DNA of 64,000 nt from Acidobacteriota bacterium (GCA_965205505.1 CBDBHB010000008.1:1-64000); one strand, 5' to 3'; positions 18,081 through 28,258 are shown, counted from the stretch's first letter. The notes: generated by a model from the letters alone, not told the origin. Program-made: numbers and translations.

Positions 18081-20432
18081 TTATCGAGGCAGGATCCACT
18101 CCAGGCCAACGCGGAGTGACCTCGGCGCACCGGGACCCAGGAACCTCGGATCGTCGAACCTCCCAGCGAACACCTCGCCTGGCTCACCGAGAACGCCGAA
18201 CGTCTCGTATTCCGCATCCAGCAGGTTGGTCACCGTAGCGTACAGCGTCACGGTCTCACCGACGCGGTACGACCCCATCGCGTTGAGCAGCGTGAATCCG
18301 GGTACCGGCGCGAGCAGGTTCGCCTCGTCGCCCCTGAAGTACCGCGACGAGGTGGACATCAGGTCCAGCCCGAGCTCCCCGGCGTCGCCGACGTTGGCGA
18401 TGAGTCCGGCCTTCAGATTGTGCCGCGGTATTCCCGGTATTGCGTCGCCGGGCTCAACGCGGATCTCACCATCGGCCGCCAGCGGGTGGTTCGGGCTGGC
18501 GACGGTCAGGACGGTATCGAAGGTGGGGCTCAGTTGCATGTACTCCACGTGCCAGCCGAAACCACCGGCGATGCGACCGGAGGCGCCGAGCTCGACCCCG
18601 CGGCGCCGCGTCCGTCCGACGTTCTCGAAGAACCCTTGCCCACGCAGCGGACCGCTGCTGACGAAAAGGATGTCGTCGTGGTTGACGCTCTGAAAGACAA
18701 CCGCCCGCAGATCGAGCGACCGCAGCCGCGCTCTGAGGCCCCCCTCCCAGGTTCGCGTCACGACCTGCTCGAGTGCAGGGTCGGCGACGAAGCTGTTTGG
18801 AAGGCGGCACGCATTCTCGGGATCGGCGCAGGTCAGCTCGATCGGGGTCGGAGCCCGGGACGACTCCGCGTAGCCTGCGAACACCGATACTCGGCTCGAA
18901 GCCTGGAGCGCCAGGCCGCCGGAGAGGTTGAGCCGACCGAACGAGTGATCCCCGTCCAGGTCATCGCCGAGCTCGTCGAACAGCTCGATCCGGGTGTCGT
19001 TGTAGCGGCCCGACACGGTGAGGGAAACACCAGGGGTCACCGTCAGCGTGTCGGTAACGAACAGCCCGAGGTTGCGGTTCCGCGCCCTTACGTGCACGAG
19101 CGAGTCGAGCCAGACGATGCCGTGTCCCTCCGCGCCGCGATCCGGCGTCAGGGCGGCCAGCTCGGATTGCGAGCCGAACCGCGTTCTCCCGGCGTCGTAG
19201 CTAACGCCGACGATCAGCTGATTGTCCCGCTGCAGCACGGCCGCCCGAATCGTCGTCTCGAGAGCCCCGCCATAGCCGCGTTGCCGCGTCTCGCTGGTGT
19301 TGTTGAGTGCGTCGACCGCGGCGGCTCCGAGCGAGACGGGATTCCCGCTCAAGTCCAAGACCGGCACTCCGCCGTCTTCACCCACGCACAGGTGGTCCAG
19401 CGGCGCGGCTGCCGCGCAAGCCTCGAAGTCGGCCGTATCGGCGTTGAGGGTCTCGATGTTGTTGCGTCGGAAGTACGCGCGTCCCTCCAGCCAGTTCCCA
19501 TCCGCGATCTCACGGCGCGCCCCGACGGAGCCCAGGATCAGCGCGTTGTCGGTGATGTCGGGATGCGTGAACACGGCAGTGCGGTCGATGGTGAGAAGCT
19601 CAATCGGCGCAGCGCCGTTGCCCCGAAGCCTGTTGTCTGCGGCAGTCACGCTCGCGTCGACCGCCGTCGACTCGCCCTGCCAGCTTAACTTTCCGAACAG
19701 CCGCCGAACCGTCGAAGGCGAGAAATCCCGCCAACCATCCTCCGACATCAGGTCGCCGTTGAGGTAGTAGCCGAACCTTCCTCGGGCTCCACCGCTCTGC
19801 AGCGAGACTCCGCGCTGGCCAAACGATCCCGCCTCGGCGCGGAGCCCGTGGCTCCGGTCGCCGAAGCCGGACTTGGTGCGTATGGAAACGGAGCCGCCCA
19901 GGGTGTTGAGACCGAACAACGGGTTGGAGCCAGAAAACAGGGCGAGCGTGGAGATCGCCGATACCGGGATCAGGTCCCAGTGGACCGTGTCGCCGAACAG
20001 CTCGTTGAGCCGCACGCCGTCCTGGTAGACGGACAGTCCCTGGGGCGAGCCCAGCAGAGGCGACGCAGCGTAGCCGCGGAAGTGGACGTCGGGCTGGAAA
20101 GGGTTGCCCTGCGCTTCGACAACGTGCACACCGCCGAGCCCACGACTCATGAGGGCGCTGAGGTTCCGTGCACGAGACCGAGCGACCGCCTCGGCGCCCA
20201 TGGTCTGAACGCTCGCCGCAACCTTGGCGAGGTCGACGCCGGCGCCGATCGGCGTTACGCCGATGACGGTAATCTCGTCGACGACCGTCGGTCGGTCAGG
20301 TTCTTGTTGCGTCTCGCCTTGCTGCCCCTCAACGATGGACGCCACGCCCCCGAGCAGCGCGACGCCCAGGCCGAGAATCGTCGCGGCCGAGCGTCGAGAT
20401 GAGATGTTCGAGAGGCCGTGATCCCCGCGCAT
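18081..20432 (-). CDS. TonB-dependent receptor
   Basis: TonB box DEITVIG; plug NPFQPDVHFRG...QGLSVYQDGVRLNE; VTNLLDAEY; PGAPRSLRVGL; ATG 20432 chosen. Confidence 0.95.
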   Translation of the reverse strand: MRGDHGLSNISSRRSAATILGLGVALLGGVASIVEGQQGETQQEPDRPTVVDEITVIGVTPIGAGVDLAKVAASVQTMGAEAVARSRARNLSALMSRGLGGVHVVEAQGNPFQPDVHFRGYAASPLLGSPQGLSVYQDGVRLNELFGDTVHWDLIPVSAISTLALFSGSNPLFGLNTLGGSVSIRTKSGFGDRSHGLRAEAGSFGQRGVSLQSGGARGRFGYYLNGDLMSEDGWRDFSPSTVRRLFGKLSWQGESTAVDASVTAADNRLRGNGAAPIELLTIDRTAVFTHPDITDNALILGSVGARREIADGNWLEGRAYFRRNNIETLNADTADFEACAAAAPLDHLCVGEDGGVPVLDLSGNPVSLGAAAVDALNNTSETRQRGYGGALETTIRAAVLQRDNQLIVGVSYDAGRTRFGSQSELAALTPDRGAEGHGIVWLDSLVHVRARNRNLGLFVTDTLTVTPGVSLTVSGRYNDTRIELFDELGDDLDGDHSFGRLNLSGGLALQASSRVSVFAGYAESSRAPTPIELTCADPENACRLPNSFVADPALEQVVTRTWEGGLRARLRSLDLRAVVFQSVNHDDILFVSSGPLRGQGFFENVGRTRRRGVELGASGRIAGGFGWHVEYMQLSPTFDTVLTVASPNHPLAADGEIRVEPGDAIPGIPRHNLKAGLIANVGDAGELGLDLMSTSSRYFRGDEANLLAPVPGFTLLNAMGSYRVGETVTLYATVTNLLDAEYETFGVLGEPGEVFAGRFDDPRFLGPGAPRSLRVGLEWILPR

Positions 20433-20436
20433 CCGT

Positions 20437-20464
20437 TCCTCGCTCCTCGCTCCTCGCTCCTCGC
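20437..20464 (-). repeat. Heptamer tandem repeat (GCGAGGA)x4 at the TonB receptor RBS
   Basis: TCCTCGC x4 on the plus strand, ending 4 nt before the predicted ATG. Confidence 0.8.
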
Positions 20465-20693
20465 CGCGCGGAGTACCGCGCGCTCTGGCGACGGCGAGCA
20501 GGTCACCAAAGTCGTTAGCACCCACGCGGCCGTCCCGACAAGATTACGCTGTCCGTTGTCACCGTGGGGAGGAGATGGTCTTGGCCCAAACGCACCGCGT
20601 GGCTGTGATTCCGGGGGATGGAGTCGGCTGCTCGCTATCCTGCACCGCCTATCACGACGCCGGCGTCGGTCTCCACCCGCAACAGATGACGCG

Positions 20694-20770
20694 TGCTCTC
20701 CCGTGGTGAGAGCCGATCTATTCCGCTAGGCTGAGCAGCCTTGCGGAGCACCGCCCCTTCCCGAGCCCGC
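20694..20770. repeat. 77-bp two-hairpin sequence, copy A (candidate ncRNA/cis-element)
   Basis: Near-identical to 39610-39686 (3 differences). Confidence 0.85.
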
Positions 20771-20794
20771 CCCCTTTCTGGTCCCTAAAACACG

Positions 20795-21391
20795 GTGGTT
20801 CCATTGATAGTCGTATACGGGTTCGAAACCTCGAACAACTTCAAGGTCCGTGTGGCGCTCGGTTACAAGAACATTCCGTACGAGTTCCACACCATCGCCC
20901 CGAGCGACAGATCCTTGGTGATCGAGATTTCCGGGCAGCCCTTCACACCGGTGCTCGTCCACGGCAGCGTCGTGATCCCCGATTCGGCGGCGATTCTCCG
21001 CTACCTCGACGCCAACTTCCGGGATACTCCGCAGCTGTACAGTCGTGACTACGACGAGCTGCGCGAGATCGAGGAATGGGAAAGCTGGGGACGCGCCACC
21101 CTGGCGCGACCGCTGCTGATGTTGGTTCGTCAGCGGCGGGCGGGTCGAGATGACCCGTCTGAGGTTCAGGAGGCCGCGCAGCTCCTGGCGTCTGCCTGCC
21201 TACGACTCGAGGAACGGCTCGGCGACAACGACTGGCTGGTGGGCGACCGGCTGACCGCCGCCGACGTCACCTGCGGCCCGGTCATGTATCGAGCCAGCGA
21301 GTCCGGCATGCTGCCGTTGCCCGACAACATAGACGCCGCGCGCGAGTGGATGCGGCGGGTGATGGCTCACGACGCGGGCGCACCCCAGTAG
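20795..21391 (+). CDS. Glutathione S-transferase family protein
   Basis: SNNFKVRVAL..K.IPYE, TPVL, DSAAILRYL, WLVGDRLTAAD. Confidence 0.9.
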   Translation: MVPLIVVYGFETSNNFKVRVALGYKNIPYEFHTIAPSDRSLVIEISGQPFTPVLVHGSVVIPDSAAILRYLDANFRDTPQLYSRDYDELREIEEWESWGRATLARPLLMLVRQRRAGRDDPSEVQEAAQLLASACLRLEERLGDNDWLVGDRLTAADVTCGPVMYRASESGMLPLPDNIDAAREWMRRVMAHDAGAPQ

Positions 21392-21438
21392 CGTCAAGAG
21401 ACCACCAGGATGGCCGACGAGCCTGCCTCATCGCCTCG

Positions 21439-22896
21439 TCAGCCGGACACCCACGGTGTCGCCTCGAACTCCCGAAAGCGTTCTCCCAACCGATCCAGGA
21501 GACGCTGCTTGTCGCTCGCCGACAGAAAGCTGTAGGTAATGCTGTTTAGGGCCAGGGTCTTCAGCGTCGGATAGGACACTTCATCGTTGCGCGCCGCCAG
21601 CGCGAACTGCTGTTGCAGATCAGACAACATCGGTCCCGGATCGTCGGTGCACAGCGCAACCGGCACGCCGGCCGACAAGAACTCCAGAAACGGGTGCCCT
21701 ACGGGCCCGACACCGAGCAACTGCCGATTGCTCTCGAGATTGATCTCGACCGCAACGCTTCGCTGCCGCATCTGCGCCATCAACCGAGCAGGATCAGGAT
21801 CGGCGCTCAACGCCACTGCGTGGCCGATGCGTTGGGCCGCTGCGCCGCCCCCCTCAGCTGGCGCGACCGCAAGCGCTATGTGCCGCTCGGCACCGAGGGC
21901 GCTCGCCCGCTCGTCGGTCATCTCGCCGGCGTGCAACGTGCGCCCTACCTCCGGATAAAAGACCCCCATCTCGCCGAACATCTTCATGTGCAGCTCATAG
22001 TCGCGCAGCGACACGGGGTGCGTTTCGGGTCCGGCGAGGTTGATACCCACAACGATTGGGCTGGCCTGGGCAATCTCGTACGCCAGCAGGAGTCGGACGA
22101 AGAAACTCGTCGGGTCCACGGTACGGACGAAGAGTTGCTGAAAGCGCACCAGCGCATCACATCCCGCGTCGGGGCGTTCCCCGCTGCATCCGAGAATCTG
22201 GTCGGAGCGAGCCAGCTCTCGGGACAACGCGTCCACTGTGCGGTCGCGGATCTCACCAAAATCCGGATGAGCGAGAATCGTCTCCCGAAGCTCGGCGAGA
22301 TCATCGTTCCACCCAACCGAGGCGATCAGGCGGGCGCGCGCCTCCGGCACCGGCGTGTAGCCAGTCGACGTTTCGAGATAGACGACGCCTTGCCGGGCCG
22401 CTAGCGTCCTCGCCGCAGCGAGTACGCGTCCGAAGTCGCGTAGCGCCAGGCCGGATTGCTCGAAGGTGGTGAAGAAGTAGTCGTTGGCCTGGTCTCGGTC
22501 GATCGACGCATCGTCGGACAGATAGTTCTGCATCGACCAGCGCCTCTCGATCTCGCGATGGAAAGCGTCGTCGTTGAGCGCTGCCGCCACCGGTCGCATA
22601 TCGCCGGTGCAGGGAGGTGCTCGCAAGATCCAGACCGACTCCTGGGCGGCCGGCAGACACAGGCCATCGGCGGCGGCCAGGCGAATGAGCGCCGCGGGAC
22701 GAACGCCGCCCGCCATGTGGTGATGCAGGTCGCCGCCCAGTGGCATTCGATCGAGGAACTGGCCAAGCATGACCGGGTCGTCTCGAATGGTCTCGAAGTA
22801 CGCCGCCGTCGCACCCGTCGCGTCGTCTGCCGCCCGACCGCCACAACCGGCGGCGACGACAGCCAGCGTCAGTACGGTGCCCAGCAGCCTGATCAT
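21439..22896 (-). CDS. Adenosine deaminase family lipoprotein
   Basis: Lipobox VAAGC; DLHHHMAG, LHAGE, RIGHA, NLESN, TDDP motifs. Confidence 0.85.
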   Translation of the reverse strand: MIRLLGTVLTLAVVAAGCGGRAADDATGATAAYFETIRDDPVMLGQFLDRMPLGGDLHHHMAGGVRPAALIRLAAADGLCLPAAQESVWILRAPPCTGDMRPVAAALNDDAFHREIERRWSMQNYLSDDASIDRDQANDYFFTTFEQSGLALRDFGRVLAAARTLAARQGVVYLETSTGYTPVPEARARLIASVGWNDDLAELRETILAHPDFGEIRDRTVDALSRELARSDQILGCSGERPDAGCDALVRFQQLFVRTVDPTSFFVRLLLAYEIAQASPIVVGINLAGPETHPVSLRDYELHMKMFGEMGVFYPEVGRTLHAGEMTDERASALGAERHIALAVAPAEGGGAAAQRIGHAVALSADPDPARLMAQMRQRSVAVEINLESNRQLLGVGPVGHPFLEFLSAGVPVALCTDDPGPMLSDLQQQFALAARNDEVSYPTLKTLALNSITYSFLSASDKQRLLDRLGERFREFEATPWVSG

Positions 22897-23209
22897 GTCT
22901 ACGCGGCATCGTCGCGCGCCGGACCCGGCGCAATCCGCACCCTTATGGAACTGGAGCAAGAGCGCGGCCCGCGTTGCGTGGACCATCAAGACACCCCTCT
23001 TTCGGCGGCTGGCCGGTGCGCGCCATTCTACGGAACCCGCGCGCAGATGCACCCTCAGCAGGGTGCTGAGACGCTACCCCGCCGTCGGTGTGGGAGTCTG
23101 GTTGAGCACCCGAGGCGGCAAGGGAAGCGCGCGTGCATTGAAGGAGCCTCCCTGTGCGAGAATCGATGCTGGTGTACAACGCACCCGAGAAGCGAGTCAG
23201 GTATCCAAC

Positions 23210-23680
23210 ATGAGAGCGATGCGTTTGACGGTGTTCGCCCTGGCCGCACTCCTGTTCGGGTGTGCACCCGACACCCCACCGGCGGTGAGAATGGCCAACG
23301 TCAAGCAGCTGATGACTGCGGTGATCGAACCTGCTGCCGAGGTTTACTGGGACGCGGTGGGAACGATCATCGACGAGCACGGCACGCTGGAGTTCGCGCC
23401 GAGCAGCGCCGCGGAGTGGCAGGCGGTGCGCAACGCGGCGGTGGTGATGGCTGAGTCAGGCGACTTGTTGATGATGGAGAGTCGCGCCATAGACCAGGGC
23501 GCATGGACGGCCCTCTCTAGAGCAATGAGCGAGGCAGGAGGCCTGGCACTCGAGGCGGCGGAAGCTGAGGATACAGACGCTGTCTTTGACGCCGGCGCCG
23601 AGGTTTACTTCGCGTGCTCCGCGTGCCACACCGCGTACGCGCCAGAGATCGTCAGACCAAGCGACATCGGCGACGAATAG
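23210..23680 (+). CDS. Class II (c'-like) cytochrome c lipoprotein
   Basis: Lipobox LLFGC; helical body; C-terminal CSACH. Confidence 0.8.
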   Translation: MRAMRLTVFALAALLFGCAPDTPPAVRMANVKQLMTAVIEPAAEVYWDAVGTIIDEHGTLEFAPSSAAEWQAVRNAAVVMAESGDLLMMESRAIDQGAWTALSRAMSEAGGLALEAAEAEDTDAVFDAGAEVYFACSACHTAYAPEIVRPSDIGDE

Positions 23681-23687
23681 GGTCCGC

Positions 23688-24242
23688 GTGATACCGAGCT
23701 TTCTGGACTGGTTGGGAAGCACCAGATGGAGCGTGGCGCTCCTGGAGTCTCTCTACGCGTGGCCGCTGCTGGAATCGACCCATGTCCTCAGCCTGGGTCT
23801 GTTTGTCGGCACCGCCGTGATGAATGATCTGCGCTTGCTGGGCTGGACCATGAGGCGTATCCCCGTTTCGGAGGTCACCGGGCGGCTGCTGCCCTGGACA
23901 CGGCTAGGCTTCGTCGTGATCGTGATCAGCGGGCTGCTGATCTTCTATTCCAATCCCCTCCGCTACTATCACAACGTATTCTTCCGCGTGAAGGTTGGAC
24001 TGCTGATCGTGGCTGGCCTCAACGCGTTCGTCTTCCACCGCGGAGTTCATCGAGGAGTCGCGGAGTGGGGCCTCGACGCGCTCCCACCGCGTCAAGCACG
24101 CGTGGCCGGCGCTGTGTCGCTTGTCGCCTGGGCGCTCATTGTGGTCACCGGGCGAATGATCGCCTACAACTGGTTCGACTGCAGCATCCAGCCGCAGCCC
24201 GACTGGATCAACTGGGCTGCCGGATGCGTGATCCAACCTTGA
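23688..24242 (+). CDS. DUF6644 family membrane protein
   Basis: WPLLESTHVLSL...DLRLLG...YYHNVFFRVK...GRMIAY. Confidence 0.8.
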   Translation: MIPSFLDWLGSTRWSVALLESLYAWPLLESTHVLSLGLFVGTAVMNDLRLLGWTMRRIPVSEVTGRLLPWTRLGFVVIVISGLLIFYSNPLRYYHNVFFRVKVGLLIVAGLNAFVFHRGVHRGVAEWGLDALPPRQARVAGAVSLVAWALIVVTGRMIAYNWFDCSIQPQPDWINWAAGCVIQP

Positions 24243-24305
24243 CGGGAAGTCGATTGTTCGGAGTCACGGATTTGCTGCACCGACCGACGGCGGAACTCTA
24301 ACGTC

Positions 24306-24779
24306 ATGCTGCTGGGGGTGTTCGAATGGTGCGACGCCACCGCCCTGGGGGCGGCAGTCCGCAATTCGCTGTGGCTGTTTCCAACCATCGAGGCGGTACA
24401 CCTACTCGGCCTCTCGGTGCTCGGCGGAGCGCTGCTGGTGGTGGACCTACGGCTGCTGGGGGTGGGGCTCAAGAGGCAGACGATCGCGGAGCTAGCTGAG
24501 CAGATGCGTCCGTGGCTGTTGGGCGCGCTCGTGGTGATGGGAGCCACAGGGTTCATGTTGTTCCTGTCGGAAGCCATCAAGTGCTACTACAACGACGCCT
24601 TCTGGATGAAGATCACGACGCTACCGGTGGCGCTGATGTTCAGCTTCACCGTCCGAGCGCGCGTCGCCGGCACCGGTGGACTCGACGCCTCGATGCGCAC
24701 CCGTCTCGTGGGCGCCATCTCTATCGCGCTGTGGTTCATCGTTGCGGCGGCCGGCCGCTGGATCGGCTTCTCTGGTTAG
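24306..24779 (+). CDS. DUF6644 family membrane protein
   Basis: FPTIEAVHLLGL...DLRLLG...YYNDAFWMK...GRWIGF. Confidence 0.8.
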   Translation: MLLGVFEWCDATALGAAVRNSLWLFPTIEAVHLLGLSVLGGALLVVDLRLLGVGLKRQTIAELAEQMRPWLLGALVVMGATGFMLFLSEAIKCYYNDAFWMKITTLPVALMFSFTVRARVAGTGGLDASMRTRLVGAISIALWFIVAAAGRWIGFSG

Positions 24780-24822
24780 CGGTCGCTGTCCGTCGGCCTG
24801 CCAGTGTCCTGACTCAGGCCAT

Positions 24823-25099
24823 TAGTGCTCCTGATCATAAGTACGGTGACGTTTGTGGCGCGCGCGACCGGGGCGAATTGTAGGAGCGGCGATGAGGGCG
24901 ATGCTGGGTGTATCGTCGAGGCGCCGCGACGCCCAAGGTGGCCGGTCCCGCGGCCACCCGGAGGGCAGGAGCGATAGGCGGGCGATCTCCGCGTCAGGGC
25001 TCCTCGAGGATGGCTAAGGCATCGCCTTCCTCACCCTTCCTTGATCTCGCCCGCATCTCGCTCCTGCAAACGTCACCGTACTTATGATCAGGAGCACTA
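24823..25099. repeat. ERIC-like cloverleaf miniature element, copy 2 (277 bp)
   Basis: Perfect 33-bp TIR TAGTGCTCCTGATCATAAGTACGGTGACGTTTG; arms 24856-24956 and 24966-25066; centre CCC-GGA-GGG. Confidence 0.9.
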
Positions 25100-25106
25100 G
25101 TGGCCC

Positions 25107-25571
25107 CTAGCATCTCCCTCGCGCCTGCCGCTCTCGCAAGCGCTCGGCGTCGTCCGGGGCACCGGTGCCGGACGAGCCCAGGAAGATCTTGGTGCCGTCG
25201 GTGAAGGTGACGTCGCGACCGTTCGCACGCTTGAGCGAGTGATCCTTGGTCTGATAACCGTCGACGATGATCTCGGTGCCGTAGGTCAGGCAATCGCGTC
25301 GCAGCCCGCGACGCAGGAGCACGTTGGGTGTGCCGCCCTCTACCATCCACACCACTGTGGTGCCGTCGTCGCTAACGACCTCCAGATGAATCCAGGAGTG
25401 GGGGTTCACCCACTCGAGCTTCACCACTTTGCCGGCGAGTCGGATCGGCGCGTCGCGGTCAAACTCGGCGCCAAAGGCATGGTGCGCCACCAGGGGTGCC
25501 GCGTAGACGAGAGCTGCGAGGACCACGATGCCCCCGATCAGCGTCAAGCGTTTTGTTGGCAGTGTATTCAT
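25107..25571 (-). CDS. DUF6152 family secreted protein
   Basis: Signal peptide then AHHAFGAEFD...WVNPHSWIH...WMVEGGTPN. Confidence 0.8.
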   Translation of the reverse strand: MNTLPTKRLTLIGGIVVLAALVYAAPLVAHHAFGAEFDRDAPIRLAGKVVKLEWVNPHSWIHLEVVSDDGTTVVWMVEGGTPNVLLRRGLRRDCLTYGTEIIVDGYQTKDHSLKRANGRDVTFTDGTKIFLGSSGTGAPDDAERLRERQARGRC

Positions 25572-26704
25572 CTCGGCATCCTTCCTTCTTCGGCGGCTGC
25601 ACGCTCTTGCGCCCGCGCGCCGATCAATACGTTGGACATCGCGTAGTTGGCCTCGTGGCAGGCGTATTCGTAAACCAGATCAGGCAGCGCCTTGAACGGC
25701 ACTTGGGCGGTCCATGGACTCGAATAGAAGGCGGGATCGTCCACCGTGAACTCGTAGTTGATGGTGTGCTCGTCGACGCGCGTGAATCGCTCGGTCACCT
25801 TGAAGTCGTCGGAGCCGCCGGCGAAATTGCTGTTCCCGTTGAGTTGCTTGCGCGGCAGGTTGGTCGTCTCCACCACCAGCGTGTCGCCTTCCCACCGACC
25901 CCAGGAGTCGCCCAGCCACGGGCGGATGTGCGCCGGCAAGGGCGTGCGCTCACCCAGCCTGATGATGCGCGCGTCGTGCACCATCTCGGTCATGATCATC
26001 ACGTGATCGGCCGTCTGCACGATGGTGTAGTTGTTGTTGTAGAAGTAGTTGGGAATCATCGGAGGACCAGCATTGGAGCCGAACGACAGGAGGCAACGCT
26101 CAGCGAGCGGCCGGTTCTCGGGGTTGTCGAAATCGCCGAACCGGGCCTGTTGCTCCTCCAAGTCGCTCCGAGCCTTCTCTCCCTCGCGGCTCAACGGCGG
26201 GATACGGCCGTCTGGCGGGTCGACAACCAGCGAGCTTCGTGGCTCGCCGTCCCAAACCGCCACGCGATCGCCCGGGTCGATGTAGAAGATGTTGTAGCCA
26301 CCCGTTCCCCCAGAGGCAGCGTCGTACAGCGCGGAAGTCTGATCGTAGAGCACGGAGGCCTCGTCATCGAGCGAGTCGCCCCAGGACACGCCGCCTACCG
26401 GTGGCGCCTCACGGTCAGGATCGCTGTCCGCCAAGTGAGTCTCGATGAACGCCTCTCGGTCGCCTTCGAGTGCCACGACTTGCTCGGGCGTCAGCACACG
26501 CTCGTATCCGGGCGGTCGCTCGATCAGCGTCATCGTCGCGTTGGTCCAGTTGCCCTGCAGGTCGGGATGACCATCGGGCGTCCGTGGCAGGACCCAGGCT
26601 TCCGTGGCGGCGCCCTGGGTCAGCGTGAGGGCCGGCGTCGCTAGCCCCACGACCAGCGCCACACAACCGATCCCCGCTAGCGAGCTTCGGTTCAGGAACT
26701 CCAT
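25568..26704 (-). CDS. Secreted uncharacterised protein (PDLQGNW...RC...YEYACHE type)
   Basis: Signal peptide; PRTPDGHPDLQGNW, ERCL, GDSWGRWEGDTLVVET, YEYACHEAN. Confidence 0.75.
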   Translation of the reverse strand: MEFLNRSSLAGIGCVALVVGLATPALTLTQGAATEAWVLPRTPDGHPDLQGNWTNATMTLIERPPGYERVLTPEQVVALEGDREAFIETHLADSDPDREAPPVGGVSWGDSLDDEASVLYDQTSALYDAASGGTGGYNIFYIDPGDRVAVWDGEPRSSLVVDPPDGRIPPLSREGEKARSDLEEQQARFGDFDNPENRPLAERCLLSFGSNAGPPMIPNYFYNNNYTIVQTADHVMIMTEMVHDARIIRLGERTPLPAHIRPWLGDSWGRWEGDTLVVETTNLPRKQLNGNSNFAGGSDDFKVTERFTRVDEHTINYEFTVDDPAFYSSPWTAQVPFKALPDLVYEYACHEANYAMSNVLIGARAQERAAAEEGRMPR

Positions 26705-26714
26705 CTCTGTCCCC

Positions 26715-27587
26715 CTACTGGCCGACCGGGTTCTTGCGAAGCTGCCCGTACAGTAGCTCCTCGACGAACTCCACACACTTGAACTGACCGAGGCGGGCAT
26801 TCGGGTCGATGTTGCGGTACAGTGGCATGCGGATCGTCCATGGGCGCGAGAACGTCTCCGGATCGTCGATGGTGGCCTCGTACCAGATGTGATCGGGACT
26901 CGTCATGTTGTAACGCTCGGTTACCTTCAGCGCGGCGCTGTGGTGGTTTCCCGCCCGGTCGAACCATGTCTGATCGATCAAGCCGGTGACCTCCACGACG
27001 AACACGTCGTCCTCCCAGTGGCCGACGGACTGGCCCATCCAGGAGTCGATCTGCGCCGGGCCCGGGTCTGTGAAGTAGATGTCGCGAACGGCACCGGCGT
27101 ACTCGTACGCAATGAAGAACTTGCTCTCGCTCTGAAAGACTTGAAACGAATGCTGCATGTAGTTGGCACGCGGCACGCCCGGCAGATAGCACTTGATCTC
27201 GGGATCGCGGTCGACCCAGTTTTCACGATTCTCGTCGCGTTTGGCGAGCGCCTCCGGCAGGTACGGAATCTCGCCCCCGACGACCACACCCTGGCCTGAG
27301 GGCACAGCACCGACCGCACCGAAGGCCAGCACCTCCCTCGCCGGTACTGGCACCACCGGACCCGGTTGTAGGGCCAGCGCCGGCCGGGCCAGATGCGGCT
27401 CGATGTCCCAATGCGCGTTGCCCAGCGCCTGCCAGATGCCGTTCATGTCGGGCCTGCCGGAGGCGGTTCTGGGAATCTCTGTGTCCTGAGCGCACCCATA
27501 GCTAGCCAACGTTGCAGCTACGAGCAGGGTGCCGACGACAGCGCTGCCCACGACATGTACTGGCGATTCAAAGCCGCTCGACATCAC
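26715..27587 (-). CDS. Uncharacterised lipoprotein, paralogue of the preceding gene
   Basis: Lipobox SYGC; GRPDMNGIW, KCYLPGVPR, GQSVGHWEDD, FKCVE. Confidence 0.75.
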   Translation of the reverse strand: MMSSGFESPVHVVGSAVVGTLLVAATLASYGCAQDTEIPRTASGRPDMNGIWQALGNAHWDIEPHLARPALALQPGPVVPVPAREVLAFGAVGAVPSGQGVVVGGEIPYLPEALAKRDENRENWVDRDPEIKCYLPGVPRANYMQHSFQVFQSESKFFIAYEYAGAVRDIYFTDPGPAQIDSWMGQSVGHWEDDVFVVEVTGLIDQTWFDRAGNHHSAALKVTERYNMTSPDHIWYEATIDDPETFSRPWTIRMPLYRNIDPNARLGQFKCVEFVEELLYGQLRKNPVGQ

Positions 27588-27628
27588 GCAATCCCCTCCG
27601 GTTCACGTTTGGCGTTGAACGGTGCTCG

Positions 27629-28140
27629 TCATTCACCACGAGCGCCAAACGCCAGCAGCACGTTCCCTGCCATCTGTCCGAAGGAACCGTACCCGCTGTT
27701 GACGAAGACGAGCCCGCCAGCGTCTGGATCGAGCGCCCAGACCACGCCGGACTTCTGACCCGCAACCAAGATTTCCTTACTATCTTGCCGCGTAACCAGG
27801 ATCGGTGCCATTCTGAAGTCGAGATCTGGGCCGACCGGCGTCGGACAGTTTTCGCGGTTCTGGGCGCTGGTGCAGGCCATGGTGAACGCATCAGCCTCGG
27901 TCCCTTGGAACGACCAAGCCAATTCGCCGGTTTCCATGTCGATGGCCAGAATAGCATCGCTCGAGGTCGTGGTCGGGTGGGTGTAGTTTTCACCGGTGCC
28001 GACACGAGTCCACGGCCAGCGTCGACCGTGGGACTCGCCCACACCGGCGCCCCGGACGGCCCATAGAGCTGCGTGCCAGCGGCGTTCTTGCCGGCCTCCT
28101 CCGGGTAGCCGGGAATCACGCGGTGATACCATGTCCGGGC
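27629..28140 (-). pseudogene. PQQ beta-propeller dehydrogenase remnant (polyvinyl-alcohol dehydrogenase-like)
   Basis: YGPSGAPVWASPTVD / VGTGENYT..SSDAILAIDMETGELAWSFQ..NCP..GPDLDF..AGQKSGVVWALDPD joined directly to the terminal VFVNSGYG..GNVLLAF; N-terminus missing, frameshift. Confidence 0.75.
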
Positions 28141-28258
28141 TAATCTGAACGGTCTGGTAGGATGACACAGCCTTCGGTACGCATGCCCGTCGTTCCCCGT
28201 CGTTGACGGGGGTCGATGCATGCAACATCCTCCGGCAACCTTCCATCCGGAGGACCCC

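Noticed and set aside
20694-20770. 77-bp repeat as a cobalamin, c-di-AMP (ydaO), c-di-GMP or glycine riboswitch
   Set aside because: Only isolated short similarities (GGGAAGG; CCCGAACCCG; CGCAAAG; GGAGAG); the other required conserved blocks are absent.
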